From contig CAUJEJ010000086.1 in NCBI GenBank assembly GCA_963169255.1, positions 26,981-90,980 of the forward strand: a DNA stretch of 64,000 nucleotides, in the 5' to 3' direction. Positions 42,410 through 51,659 of the stretch are shown in pieces (within the stretch, counting starts at the first letter, position 1; every line of letters starts with the position of its first letter). The notes below the pieces were generated by a model. That model worked only from the letters and a program-made list of their open reading frames with translations, ran no database searches and was not told the DNA's origin. The stretch comes from Actinomycetota bacterium. Lineage in GTDB: Bacteria > Actinomycetota > Actinomycetes > S36-B12 > UBA10799. The position numbers and the translations under genes were made by a program.

Positions 42410-42717
42410 AGAACACCCGCCTCCAACAGCCTGCCGAACCTTCCGGTCGCGATCAGTACCAGGATAACCAGAGCCCACAAAAGTACGCTCACCCAAACCC
42501 ATCTGCGCGCCAATCGCGCACATCGACCAGCCTCACGTCGGTCACCGATTCGCCAATTCACGCTAACCTGCGCCGCGTAATAGACCGCGACTATGCCCGT
42601 CGGTGAGAAACAGCAAAGCGTCACGACGATCGCCGGCGCAAGCCAACTACTTGGCACCCGCACTTGCCTCGGCTGCCCGGATGGCTTTCCACTTGGGCCA
42701 GTGACGTCGACGCTCAC
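42406..42717 (-). CDS. CD225/dispanin (IFITM-like) family small membrane protein
   Basis: 103 aa. The signature layout is WLAPAIVVTLCCFSPTGIVAVYYAAQV, then an amphipathic stretch, then a second helix WVWVSVLLWALVILVLIA. GTG start. Confidence 0.7.
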   Translation of the reverse strand: MSVDVTGPSGKPSGQPRQVRVPSSWLAPAIVVTLCCFSPTGIVAVYYAAQVSVNWRIGDRREAGRCARLARRWVWVSVLLWALVILVLIATGRFGRLLEAGVL

Positions 42718-42765
42718 CCGAGCACCCTACGCCGCGAAGCTCGAGCGCAATGAGTGAATCGTGGG

Positions 42766-44187
42766 CTAAATCCCGAGGTTCGTCGCCAGGTAGATGGTGA
42801 AGCAGGCACCACCCTCGGGTGCGGACCCCGCATGCGCCGTTCCACCGAGTCGCGTCGAAAGTCGACCCACCAGAGCGAGGCCGACGCCAGTTCCAACCCT
42901 ACGAATACCTTGGTAGCGGCTGTAGAGCTCGGCAGGTTCAAAAGCGACCCGGCAGTCATCTGGAGTCAGTCCCGGGCCGCTGTCGCGGACCTCGATCTTC
43001 ACCCAACCTGGCTGAGGCGCGGACACGTGCAGCACGAGCACCCCAGGGCTCGGGGTAACGCGCAGCGCGTTTGCGCAGAGGTTGTCGATAATCTGCCGGA
43101 CGCGAGTTGGGTCTGAGCGTCCCTGGATTGACGATGCACCAAGTTCAAGCCGTAGCTCCATACCTTCACGCTCACTACGGTCTCTCCAGACCGCAGCTGC
43201 TGCGGTAGCGATTGCCGCGTAGTCGACGGGCACTATGGACACCGAGAAGTCGACCGCGTCGAGGCGCGCGAGATCGAGCAAGTCAGCGACCAGCAAATCG
43301 AGCCGATTTGCCTCAGACTGAACAATCGCGCCCTTGGCAGAAATCTCCGAGACCGGCACGACTCCATCGGTAATAGCTTCCGCGTAGCCGCGGATCGCTG
43401 TGAGCGGCGTCCGTAGTTCGTGCGAGATCGAAAGCAGGAACTCTCGCTGACGACCTTCGCTGATAGCCAGATCACGACGGAGCTCGTTCAAGGCTTCGTT
43501 GAGTTCAGCGATCTCGGGCGGTCCTGTAACGGCAAGCTCGACGTCGCGGTCACCGGCCCCCAGTCGCTTCGCCGCCTGCGCGGCGTCACGCAGCGGCCGC
43601 GTGAGGCGCCGCGCCAGCAGGAGCCCGAAAGCGACAGCTAACGCCGCGCCAACCAAGAGCGCAAAGGCAAATCGCGCTAGTGCCGCGAGTGCAAGCCGAC
43701 CCGTCGCTTGAACAGGTTGGGTCAACACCACAGCGTTTCCATCTGTCAGCGCGCGTACTGCGACGAGGACCTCGTCGCCGGCGTACGAAACCTGACCGTC
43801 TAACACGGCGCCGGCCTGGAGCCGAACGAAGTCGCCAGCACCGAATAGGCCTGGGATCGATGCACCTCGAGGGACGTAGAGCGCTGTGATGTCCTCGGAT
43901 CTCAGTGTGTTCGCAAGTCGATTAGGAATCTGGTCCGGTCCGGGCCCAGGTTGGCGTTCAAGAGCGACCGCGGTCGCGTCAGCCAGCCGTTGCAGGTTGC
44001 CCAGCGATTCCTGTTGCGCAGCTTGGCGGATGAGGGGGTACGAGATTGCACCTGCAACCAAAACCGCGACCACGGCTGAAGCAACCGTGACCAGCGCGAT
44101 CCGAGCATTGAGAGAAAGGCCATGGGCGCGATTCCGCAGGTTGACTATGACCGGGTCAGCGGGCTTCCTTGGCGCATCGGTCGGCAT
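42766..44187 (-). CDS. sensor histidine kinase (2 TM, extracytoplasmic loop, HAMP, HisKA, HATPase)
   Basis: 473 aa with H-box SHELRTPLTAIRGYAE, plus RDSGPGL and GTGVGLALV boxes. Confidence 0.9.
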   Translation of the reverse strand: MPTDAPRKPADPVIVNLRNRAHGLSLNARIALVTVASAVVAVLVAGAISYPLIRQAAQQESLGNLQRLADATAVALERQPGPGPDQIPNRLANTLRSEDITALYVPRGASIPGLFGAGDFVRLQAGAVLDGQVSYAGDEVLVAVRALTDGNAVVLTQPVQATGRLALAALARFAFALLVGAALAVAFGLLLARRLTRPLRDAAQAAKRLGAGDRDVELAVTGPPEIAELNEALNELRRDLAISEGRQREFLLSISHELRTPLTAIRGYAEAITDGVVPVSEISAKGAIVQSEANRLDLLVADLLDLARLDAVDFSVSIVPVDYAAIATAAAAVWRDRSEREGMELRLELGASSIQGRSDPTRVRQIIDNLCANALRVTPSPGVLVLHVSAPQPGWVKIEVRDSGPGLTPDDCRVAFEPAELYSRYQGIRRVGTGVGLALVGRLSTRLGGTAHAGSAPEGGACFTIYLATNLGI

Positions 44188-44196
44188 TGCAAGAAA

Positions 44197-44892
44197 CTAG
44201 CTAGGACGCTCGTCAGCGGAGTACCCAACGCCACGCACAGTCCGGATGATCTCCACCGGTTCCAGCTTGCTCCGCAGCTGCGCGATGTGCACATCGACAG
44301 TACGTGATCCGACCGCACTCGAGTAGCCCCAGACGTCCGTGAGTAGCTGATCGCGGCCGTAGACCCGACCCGGGTTCCGAAGCAGATACGCCAACAGATC
44401 GAACTCCGTAGGCGTGAGATCGAGTTCCGTCTCATTAACCAAGGCGCGGCGTGAATTCGTATCGACCACGACCCCACTCATCGCCAACACGTCGTCGGCC
44501 TTTGACTCGCGGCCTTCAGTCCGGCGAAGCACGGCCTTCACACGCGCCACCACTTCGCGCGGGCTAAACGGCTTGGTGATGTAGTCATCGGCCCCTAGCT
44601 CAAGGCCAAGAACGCGGTCAATTTCGTCGTCGCGCGCGGTGCAGAAAAGCACCGGAGTCCAGTTTTGGGCCGAACGGAGTGCCGAACACACCTCGGTACC
44701 CGCCATCGACGGGAGTCCAACGTCAAGAATTGCCGCGACTGGGCTTCGAGATTGGATTGTCTGCAGGGCTTCGGCGCCATCAGCCAGGATTTCGACCGAG
44801 TAGCCCTCGCGCGTCAAGTAGAGCGAGAGGAGGTCGGCAATTGCGGGTTCGTCCTCAGCGACGACGATGAGTCCGCGAGTTGAGTCAGTCAC
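44197..44892 (-). CDS. OmpR/PhoB-family response regulator
   Basis: Start reset to GTG 44892 because the upstream gene's stop is at 44901. Receiver domain (LIVVAEDEP...AILDVGLP...ITKPF) plus winged-helix domain (TVRGVGY). Confidence 0.9.
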   Translation of the reverse strand: MTDSTRGLIVVAEDEPAIADLLSLYLTREGYSVEILADGAEALQTIQSRSPVAAILDVGLPSMAGTEVCSALRSAQNWTPVLFCTARDDEIDRVLGLELGADDYITKPFSPREVVARVKAVLRRTEGRESKADDVLAMSGVVVDTNSRRALVNETELDLTPTEFDLLAYLLRNPGRVYGRDQLLTDVWGYSSAVGSRTVDVHIAQLRSKLEPVEIIRTVRGVGYSADERPS

Positions 44893-44900
44893 TAGTGACT
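44887..44900. repeat. perfect 14-bp palindrome AGTCACTAGTGACT spanning the response-regulator start codon
   Basis: Checked base by base: all 7 pairs are complementary. It fills the 8-nt gap between the HGxxPAAW-gene stop (44901) and the regulator's GTG (44892..44890), and extends into the regulator's first codons. Confidence 0.95.
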
Positions 44901-45140
44901 CTAGGAAGATTCCTTGGGGTACTGACCGAGTCCCATCATGGCCATGACCTTGCCAACAATCGCACCAACCACGAGCAACGCAATGCCGAGCCAGAACATC
45001 CATGGCTGGGCGATGCACACGCCCAATGTTCCGACGCAGAAGGCGATCAGCATGATCGTGACCGCCGTCCAGGCAGCTGGCGTCCGACCTTCTTCGGGAT
45101 CGCGCATTTGCGACTCGTCGCGCGCCTGAACCTCAGTCAT
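44901..45140 (-). CDS. HGxxPAAW-family small membrane protein (variant EGRTPAAW)
   Basis: 79 aa: ...DPEEGRTPAAWTAVTIMLIAFCVGTLGV...LLVVGAIVGKVMAMMGLG. AGGAGG lies 6 nt upstream of ATG 45140. Confidence 0.65.
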   Translation of the reverse strand: MTEVQARDESQMRDPEEGRTPAAWTAVTIMLIAFCVGTLGVCIAQPWMFWLGIALLVVGAIVGKVMAMMGLGQYPKESS

Positions 45141-45252
45141 GTGCAGCCTCCTGTAGTGCGGTTACGTGGCCTGAACGTACCAAGGCCTACCGATTGCCGC
45201 ATATTCTGGCATCCCTTGAGCCGTTATCGCGACGGGGCACGCGCAATACGCG

Positions 45253-45816
45253 TCAAGCAGTGGGATCCTCGCCCCGATCGAGCAACTCCCAATCCGAGGC
45301 CGCGACCTTGGTCGACCCATCCTGGCGACCAGACAACGCCCGCCATTGGCTCCCGAACCGCCACACCATCAGGCCCGCAACGATCATCGCGAGCGAACAG
45401 AGCGCAGTCAGCGCCCACCACGAAGTTCGGCTAACAGACTCGGCCGTCACTTGAGTTGAATCGCTGATCATGACTGCCTCGCTGCTCAGCCAGAACGCCA
45501 TCGGTCCAACCGCTAGAGCCGCCGCAGCTAGGCAGATCAGTAGCCCGACTACTCGCCGAACGATTCCGGCGGTGGCGATCACAGCCACTGCTCCCGCAAG
45601 TCCGAGCCAGGCTCCTGCCACCGACAGCGGGTAGAGCGTGGATCCAGCCACGGTGACCGGTTCATCACCAAATCCCGCGTTGGTCACCGCGGTCACCCAT
45701 GGCTGCGAAAGCGCCCAGACACCGCCAAAGCCAGCCGCCGCGATGAGAAGTAGGGCGATGAGGTAGGTCCGGCCGTGCGGCGAGGGCGACCGAGGTTCAG
45801 GCGGAGTTTCAGTCAC
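45253..45816 (-). CDS. Trp-biosynthesis-associated membrane protein (position of M. tuberculosis Rv1610)
   Basis: 187 aa, polytopic. GTGA overlap with the trpE stop (45813-45816). This is the conserved slot directly after trpE. Confidence 0.7.
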   Translation of the reverse strand: MTETPPEPRSPSPHGRTYLIALLLIAAAGFGGVWALSQPWVTAVTNAGFGDEPVTVAGSTLYPLSVAGAWLGLAGAVAVIATAGIVRRVVGLLICLAAAALAVGPMAFWLSSEAVMISDSTQVTAESVSRTSWWALTALCSLAMIVAGLMVWRFGSQWRALSGRQDGSTKVAASDWELLDRGEDPTA

Positions 45817-47447
45817 GATGACACGTCGTCCAACGTGCCTGCGACTGCGATCGCCCTGAGCACCGCCGCGGCCTTGTTCTCACATTCGGCCTGCTCGGCT
45901 CCAGGGTCGGAGTCCGCGACAAGCCCTGCGCCGGCCTGCACGTAGGCCACTCCATCGCGCAACACGGCGGTACGGATGGCAATGGCGGTATCCATGTCAC
46001 CCGCGAAGTCGAGGTAGCCAACGATGCCGCCATACAAGCCGCGCCGCGAATCTTCGAGCGCATCAATAATCTCCATCGCCCTGGGTTTCGGTGCACCTGA
46101 AAGCGTCCCGGCTGGGAACGTCGCCCCGAGCAAATCGTATGCACTCTTGTCCGTTGCGAGCCTGCTCGTCACGGTCGAGACGATGTGCATCACGTGCGAG
46201 TAGCGCTCGATAGCCATGAATTCGACAACCTCAACCGAGCCCGGCTCGCTAACCCGGCCGAGGTCATTACGACCGAGGTCGACGAGCATCAAATGCTCCG
46301 CTCGTTCCTTTTCGTCTGCGAGCAACTCGTCCGCGTACTGCTGATCCGCTTCCGGTGTTGCGCCTCGCGGTCGAGTGCCGGCAATGGGGTGCAACATTGC
46401 GTTGCCATCTTCGAGCTTCACGAGCGCTTCGGGACTTGAACCAACCACGTCGAAAGCGACGCGTGTGCCAAGGCCCGGCGACACGTGGTCGCTGTCTCCC
46501 GCTGCTGACTCGGCAGTTGGGAAGCGAATCAGATACATGTACGGGCTCGGATTACTCACTCTCAGCACCCGGTAGATGTCTAGCGCGGAGGCAGTCGTAT
46601 GCGTGTGGAACCGCTGTGACACGACAACTTGGAACGCGTCACCGGCGTGAATGTGCTCCCGCACCGTCTCCACCTTTGCCGCGTATTCCTCGGCGGTGGT
46701 GTCGGACTCGGGTGCAGACCGAACCTCGGAGTTGAAGCCAGCAAGCGCATCTACCCCACGTTCGCCAAGTCGTGCCGCCATTGCGTCGAGGCGCTCTCGT
46801 GCACCTTCGTAGGAAGATTCCAAGGTATCCAGATCAGCTTCACCCGAAGGGACAATCACGTTGGCAATCAGCAGCACGGAACCGTCGAAGTGATCGAGCA
46901 CGGCGAGGTCTGATGCGAGCAGCATCGCGACCTCAGGAACATCAACGACGGTCGGATTGCTATTCGGCAACCGTTCCCAGTGCCGGACTGCGTCGTAACT
47001 CACCATGCCCACAAGCCCGCTATTCAGCGGCGGCAGCCCGGGGATCCGTTCGGTGTGGAGCGTTGCAAGGGCATCGCGCATCGCACTGAGTGGATCAATT
47101 CCGGCAGCCATCGACTCGGCAACGTCCTGTGGGACGTCGCCGACCCAGATTGCCTCGCCGTCGACGTCAGTCAACATCGCTGCGCAGCGAACTCCGATGA
47201 AGGAATACCTCGACCACGATCGCCCGTTCTCGGCAGACTCCAACAGAAAGGTGCCAGGAGCTTCATGCGTCAGCTTGCGGTAGAGACCCACTGGGGTATG
47301 CATGTCAGCAAGCAGTCGTCGAACCACCGGCACCACTCGCCGAGACGCCGCTAGTCCACTGAATTCCTCAACGGTTGGAACTGTCTGGCCATCAACTCGT
47401 CGATTGACACGGGCGTACACATCTGCCGCGCTCACGGTTTCGGTCAC
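45813..47447 (-). CDS. trpE: anthranilate synthase component I
   Basis: Motifs [38 protein letters not shown] and GAPKPRAME. Start set at GTG 47447, overlapping the hisI stop (GTGA). The alternative ATG 47519 would overlap hisI by 76 nt. Confidence 0.92.
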   Translation of the reverse strand: MTETVSAADVYARVNRRVDGQTVPTVEEFSGLAASRRVVPVVRRLLADMHTPVGLYRKLTHEAPGTFLLESAENGRSWSRYSFIGVRCAAMLTDVDGEAIWVGDVPQDVAESMAAGIDPLSAMRDALATLHTERIPGLPPLNSGLVGMVSYDAVRHWERLPNSNPTVVDVPEVAMLLASDLAVLDHFDGSVLLIANVIVPSGEADLDTLESSYEGARERLDAMAARLGERGVDALAGFNSEVRSAPESDTTAEEYAAKVETVREHIHAGDAFQVVVSQRFHTHTTASALDIYRVLRVSNPSPYMYLIRFPTAESAAGDSDHVSPGLGTRVAFDVVGSSPEALVKLEDGNAMLHPIAGTRPRGATPEADQQYADELLADEKERAEHLMLVDLGRNDLGRVSEPGSVEVVEFMAIERYSHVMHIVSTVTSRLATDKSAYDLLGATFPAGTLSGAPKPRAMEIIDALEDSRRGLYGGIVGYLDFAGDMDTAIAIRTAVLRDGVAYVQAGAGLVADSDPGAEQAECENKAAAVLRAIAVAGTLDDVSS

Positions 47448-47833
47448 GACTGCGCTCCCAATGGGCTGGTTGTCGGATGCGCGGCCGGGTTGATCGCGAG
47501 GGTTTGGCTCTGAAAGCACGATCGCAGGCCGGTGTGGCAGGCCGCGCCAACCTGATCAACTCGCAGGAGGATTGAATCTGCGTCGCAGTCGTAGGAAACG
47601 TCAAGCACTGATTGGGTGTGGCCCGAGGTCTCACCCTTGCGCCACAACTCCTGTCGGCTGCGTGACCAGTAGGTCGCGCGGCCAGTGGCGAAAGTCGCGC
47701 GCAGCGATTCTTCGTTCATCCACGCCATCATCAGAACTTCTCGGGTGTCCCATTGTTGCGCGATCGCAGGAATCAGCCCGGAATCGTCAAAAGCGAGCTC
47801 AGCCACGAATGCATCGATTGCAGGCGACGTCAT
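47444..47833 (-). CDS. hisI: phosphoribosyl-AMP cyclohydrolase
   Basis: Start reset to ATG 47833 (MTSPAIDAF). Motifs [28 protein letters not shown] and [21 protein letters not shown] are present. Confidence 0.92.
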   Translation of the reverse strand: MTSPAIDAFVAELAFDDSGLIPAIAQQWDTREVLMMAWMNEESLRATFATGRATYWSRSRQELWRKGETSGHTQSVLDVSYDCDADSILLRVDQVGAACHTGLRSCFQSQTLAINPAAHPTTSPLGAQS

Positions 47834-47938
47834 GTGGCCATTGTGCCGTGTCGCGTGATCGTGTGTCGTGCCACTTCTTCCGGGGCCCTCCACGTTCTCC
47901 CGACCGCCCTCCTCGCTCAACGCGCGTATGGTGGAGCG

Positions 47939-48592
47939 ATGAGTCAACCAACGTGGGCACAACGCGAACGCCAGGAACTGTGCCGCCTACTCGAAGAGGT
48001 CGGCCCGGACGCACCCACCCTGTGCGGAGAATGGACCACGCGTGACCTCGCCGCCCACCTCATCGTGCGGGAGGCGCGCCCAGACGCGGCGATTGGGATC
48101 TTCGCCAAACCCCTGGCAGGTTGGACGGAAAAAATCCAGGCGAAAGCTGCGCAACGTCCCTGGGCCGAGATGGTGCACGAGATTCGGACTGGGCCGCCGA
48201 CCTTCTCGCTATTCAACCTGCCGAAGGCCGATGCCTTGGCAAACACGACGGAGTACTACGTCCACCTTGAGGACGTCCGGCGCGCCGAACCCGAGTGGAC
48301 TCCGCGAAACCTGCCGCCGAAACTGAGCGACAATTTATGGAAGGTCCTGCGATCGCGCGCGAAGATGTTCTATCGACACGTGCCCGTCGGCGTCGTCCTA
48401 ACGCGGACCGATGGAGCAGAAGGAGCAGAGAGCAATTTGCAAGTAGCAAGTGGCGCGCCCGTGGTGACGATCAGCGGACCTGCCCAAGAGCTGCTGTTGT
48501 TCTCATTCGGGCGCAAGGAGCAGTCCGTCGTCGACATCGCTGGGGACGACTCCTCGATCGCTCAGGTCATGGCCGCGAAGATGGCGGTCTAA
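47939..48592 (+). CDS. DinB/MDMPI-like (mycothiol maleylpyruvate isomerase N-terminal domain; TIGR03085-like) protein
   Basis: Start reset to ATG 47939 behind GGTGGAG. The 217-aa protein begins [41 protein letters not shown]. Family assignment is by recall. Confidence 0.7.
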   Translation: MSQPTWAQRERQELCRLLEEVGPDAPTLCGEWTTRDLAAHLIVREARPDAAIGIFAKPLAGWTEKIQAKAAQRPWAEMVHEIRTGPPTFSLFNLPKADALANTTEYYVHLEDVRRAEPEWTPRNLPPKLSDNLWKVLRSRAKMFYRHVPVGVVLTRTDGAEGAESNLQVASGAPVVTISGPAQELLLFSFGRKEQSVVDIAGDDSSIAQVMAAKMAV

Positions 48593-48613
48593 GGCCACTG
48601 CGAGGGTTTCTCG

Positions 48614-49387
48614 CTAGCGGCGAACTGGGAGACCTGAGTTCGCCAACTCCGACTTCACCTCGGCGATCGACAACACCCCAAAATGGAACACGCTTGCTGC
48701 CAGCACCGCGTCCGCACCGGCCCGAACCGCTGGAGCAAAGTCCTGAGCGCGTCCTGCGCCGCCGCTGGCGATCACTGGGACATTTAGCACCTTGCGGACC
48801 TGTTCGATCAGCTCCGTGTCGAACCCGTCCTTTGTGCCGTCAGCGTCCATTGAGTTCAGGAGGATCTCCCCCGCCCCTCTCGACGCTCCCTCAGCTGCCC
48901 AAGCAACCGCATCGATCCCTGTGCCAACCCTGCCGCCATGAGTCGTGACTTCGAAGCCGGACGGAGTTTGGGTATCGCCTTGAACGCGACGCGCGTCCAC
49001 TGACAGCACCACGCACTGCGATCCGAATCGGTTGGCGGCCTCTGTCAAGAACTCCGGTCGCGCGATGGCGGCGGTGTTGATTCCGGCTTTGTCAGCCCCG
49101 GCCCGCAGGAGGCGGTCAATGTCGTCGACCGTGCGAACGCCACCCCCTACTGTCAGCGGAATGAAGACTTGATCTGCGGTGCGCGACACCACGTCGTACG
49201 TGGTCGCCCGGTCGCCGCTTGAGGCCGTGATATCGAGAAAGACGAGTTCATCGGCACCTTGTGCGTCATACGCAGCTGCAAGCGTGACCGGGTCGCCTGC
49301 GTCCTTAAGGTCAACAAAGTTGACACCCTTGACCACTCTGCCATTGTCAACGTCTAGGCACGGGATGACACGAACCGCTAACGACAT
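48614..49387 (-). CDS. hisF: imidazole glycerol phosphate synthase, cyclase subunit
   Basis: 257 aa with motifs [16 protein letters not shown] and [15 protein letters not shown]. Confidence 0.97.
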   Translation of the reverse strand: MSLAVRVIPCLDVDNGRVVKGVNFVDLKDAGDPVTLAAAYDAQGADELVFLDITASSGDRATTYDVVSRTADQVFIPLTVGGGVRTVDDIDRLLRAGADKAGINTAAIARPEFLTEAANRFGSQCVVLSVDARRVQGDTQTPSGFEVTTHGGRVGTGIDAVAWAAEGASRGAGEILLNSMDADGTKDGFDTELIEQVRKVLNVPVIASGGAGRAQDFAPAVRAGADAVLAASVFHFGVLSIAEVKSELANSGLPVRR

Positions 49388-49419
49388 GCCGTAAGCCTAA
49401 CGAGCGACGTTCAAGTCGT

Positions 49420-50190
49420 TCACTGACCGTCGAGCGGCTGCGTGAACGCAGGATTCATGAAGTCAATGTGGGGTGCCACCGCGGCCAATGCCTCGGGCAG
49501 TGTGAAGGCACCGGCGTAGAGCGCCTTACCAATGATCAAGCCCTCGACCCCATGGTGGCGAAGTTCAGCGACGGCGTGAACATCCTCCAGCGAGGAGATC
49601 CCGCCGCTGGCAACCACTGGCCGGTCGGTTGCTTTGCACACCTGACTCAGTAGGTGGAGGTTGGGCCCTGCGAGGGTACCGTCCTTCGTGACGTCAGTGA
49701 CGACATAGCGAGCGCAACCCTCAGCATTGAGCCGCTCGATTGTTGCGAACAACTCACCGCCTTCTTCGGTCCAGCCCCGGGCCGCCAAGGTGGTTCCCCT
49801 GACATCGAGGCCGATCGCGACCTGGTCGCCGTGCTCAGCGATCACTCGTGCGCACCATTCCGGGTTCTCCAGTGCTGCCGTGCCAATATTGATTCGCCGA
49901 CATCCTGTCGCCAGGGCAGCTTCGAGAGTCTCGTTGTCACGGATACCACCGGACAATTCGACGTCGATGTCGAGGCGGCCAACAACGTCAGCGAGCAGAT
50001 CGTGGTTACTCCCCCGCCCGAACGCCGCATCGAGATCCACCAGATGGACCCATGACGCGCCCTGCTCCTGCCAGTTCAACGCAGCTTGCAGCGGATCGCC
50101 GTAGGCGGTTTCGGAGCCAGCTTCACCCTGAACGAGTCGGACAGCTTGGCCGTCTTGCACATCGACGGCGGGGAGGAGTTCCAAAGTCAC
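49420..50190 (-). CDS. hisA: ProFAR isomerase, actinobacterial PriA type (probably bifunctional HisA/TrpF)
   Basis: [21 protein letters not shown] near the N-terminus. Start set at GTG 50190 to match the usual N-terminus. GTG 50214 (the ORF-track start) is an alternative. Confidence 0.92.
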   Translation of the reverse strand: MTLELLPAVDVQDGQAVRLVQGEAGSETAYGDPLQAALNWQEQGASWVHLVDLDAAFGRGSNHDLLADVVGRLDIDVELSGGIRDNETLEAALATGCRRINIGTAALENPEWCARVIAEHGDQVAIGLDVRGTTLAARGWTEEGGELFATIERLNAEGCARYVVTDVTKDGTLAGPNLHLLSQVCKATDRPVVASGGISSLEDVHAVAELRHHGVEGLIIGKALYAGAFTLPEALAAVAPHIDFMNPAFTQPLDGQ

Positions 50191-50247
50191 GGGTAAGACC
50201 CTACTCACCCACACTCGTGAGCGCCCCTGCGGTTAGGCAATGTGGCC

Positions 50248-50886
50248 CTAGTCCAGCGAATTGAGCCAGTTGCGTAACAACGCCAAACCTGCATCGCCAG
50301 ACTTCTCAGGATGGAACTGCGTCGCGCAAAGGGGGCCGTTTTCTACGGCGGCGAGGAACGGCTCACCATGGGTCGCCCAGGTCAACAGCGGAGATGCTGT
50401 CGAGCTTTCCGACGTATCAAGGTCCCACGAACGCGCAGCGAACGAATGCACGAAGTAGAACCGCTCTTGGGCCAGACCTTCAAAGAGGACCGAATCTGCT
50501 GGCGGATTCACGTTGTTCCAGCCCATGTGCGGGACGATCGGAGCCTGAAGTTCATCCACGACCCCTGGCCACTGTCCGAACCCTGGGGTGTCCACGCCGT
50601 GCTCGACGCCGTGTTCGAAGAGCACCTGCATCCCCACACAAATCCCGAGGACGGGGCGACCACCAGCGAGTCGCACGTCAATGAGTTGAGGACCGTTGAC
50701 TGCGTTCAGCCCAGCCATGCAGGCCGCATAGGCACCCACACCGGGAACGACCAGTGCCTGCGCTCCCAGGGCCCGTTGGTAGTCCCGGGTGACTTCGACG
50801 GAGGCGCCCACCCGTTCAAGTGCGCGCTGCGCGGATCGCAAGTTCCCCGACCCGTAGTCAAGGACAACGACATCAACTGAGCCCAA
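50248..50886 (-). CDS. hisH: imidazole glycerol phosphate synthase, glutaminase subunit
   Basis: 212 aa with nucleophile motif [10 protein letters not shown] and QFHPEKS. TTG start with GGGAGG 7 nt upstream. Confidence 0.95.
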   Translation of the reverse strand: MGSVDVVVLDYGSGNLRSAQRALERVGASVEVTRDYQRALGAQALVVPGVGAYAACMAGLNAVNGPQLIDVRLAGGRPVLGICVGMQVLFEHGVEHGVDTPGFGQWPGVVDELQAPIVPHMGWNNVNPPADSVLFEGLAQERFYFVHSFAARSWDLDTSESSTASPLLTWATHGEPFLAAVENGPLCATQFHPEKSGDAGLALLRNWLNSLD

Positions 50887-50913
50887 CGTCGGACCTCCCG
50901 GCCGTTTCGAACG

Positions 50914-51069
50914 TCATTTCCACCAGAGCCACGCCGCTGAGGCGGAGAGCACCGCGGCGATCGCCATGCCTATCGCAAGGATGGGGATCTTTGCGCGCGT
51001 GAACGCGATCACTCCGCCAATGAAGAAACCCGTGAGGCCGAGCATCATGATGGGCCACCAACTCGTCAT
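50914..51069 (-). CDS. unannotated 51-aa two-helix membrane peptide, translationally coupled to hisB
   Basis: Hand-translated codon by codon: MTSWWPIMMLGLTGFFIGGVIAFTRAKIPILAIGMAIAAVLSASAAWLWWK, then TGA (50916..50914). The ATG (51069..51067) overlaps the hisB TGA (ATGA). It is below the 60-aa cutoff of the ORF track. Confidence 0.5.
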   Translation of the reverse strand: MTSWWPIMMLGLTGFFIGGVIAFTRAKIPILAIGMAIAAVLSASAAWLWWK

Positions 51070-51659
51070 GTAGAGAGTGTGCCCTTTGTCGACGGCACAC
51101 CCACGACACGGGCGTCCAGAGCGACGGCATCGCGAAATGCCCTAGCGACGGACTTGAACTGCGCCTCGACAATGTGGTGAGCGTTGCGGCCCGTGATGAC
51201 CCGAACGTGCAGGCAGATTTGAGCCGAAGCGACGATCGATTCCCAAATGTGGCGCGTCAAGGTTGTGTCGTAGGTGCCAATGAGCTCGATCAGGTCTGGC
51301 TCCTCATGGACGAGGTAGGGACGACCCGACAGGTCGACTGCGGACTGAACCAAGGCCTCGTCTAGGGGCACAAGGGAATCACCGAATCGCCTGATTCCGG
51401 CTTTGTCCCCAAGTGCCTCCCTAATCGCCGCGCCGAGGGCAAGCGCGGTGTCCTCAACGGTGTGATGAGCGTCAACCTCAAGGTCGCCTTTGGTGACAAT
51501 CTTGAGGTCCAGTCCGCCGTGTTTTCCAAGCTGGCTGAGCATGTGGTCATAGAACGGCACGCCGGTATCGACCTCGACGCTTCCCGTGCCATCCAGGTTG
51601 AGGTCGACGAAGACGTCGCTCTCCTTGGTCGTGCGCTCGATCCGCGCGGTGCGGCTCAT
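51066..51659 (-). CDS. hisB: imidazoleglycerol-phosphate dehydratase
   Basis: 197 aa with motifs DTGVPFYDHML, HHTVEDTALALG and GRNAHHIVEAQFK. ATGA overlap with the hisC stop. Confidence 0.95.
   Translation of the reverse strand: MSRTARIERTTKESDVFVDLNLDGTGSVEVDTGVPFYDHMLSQLGKHGGLDLKIVTKGDLEVDAHHTVEDTALALGAAIREALGDKAGIRRFGDSLVPLDEALVQSAVDLSGRPYLVHEEPDLIELIGTYDTTLTRHIWESIVASAQICLHVRVITGRNAHHIVEAQFKSVARAFRDAVALDARVVGVPSTKGTLST

Noticed and set aside
50873-51172. 99-aa ORF in the ORF track spanning the hisB-hisH gap.
   Set aside because: It overlaps the 3' end of hisB and the 5' end of hisH in a different frame, and has an Arg/Ser/His-rich composition. The 51-codon ATGA-coupled ORF in the other frame explains the gap better.
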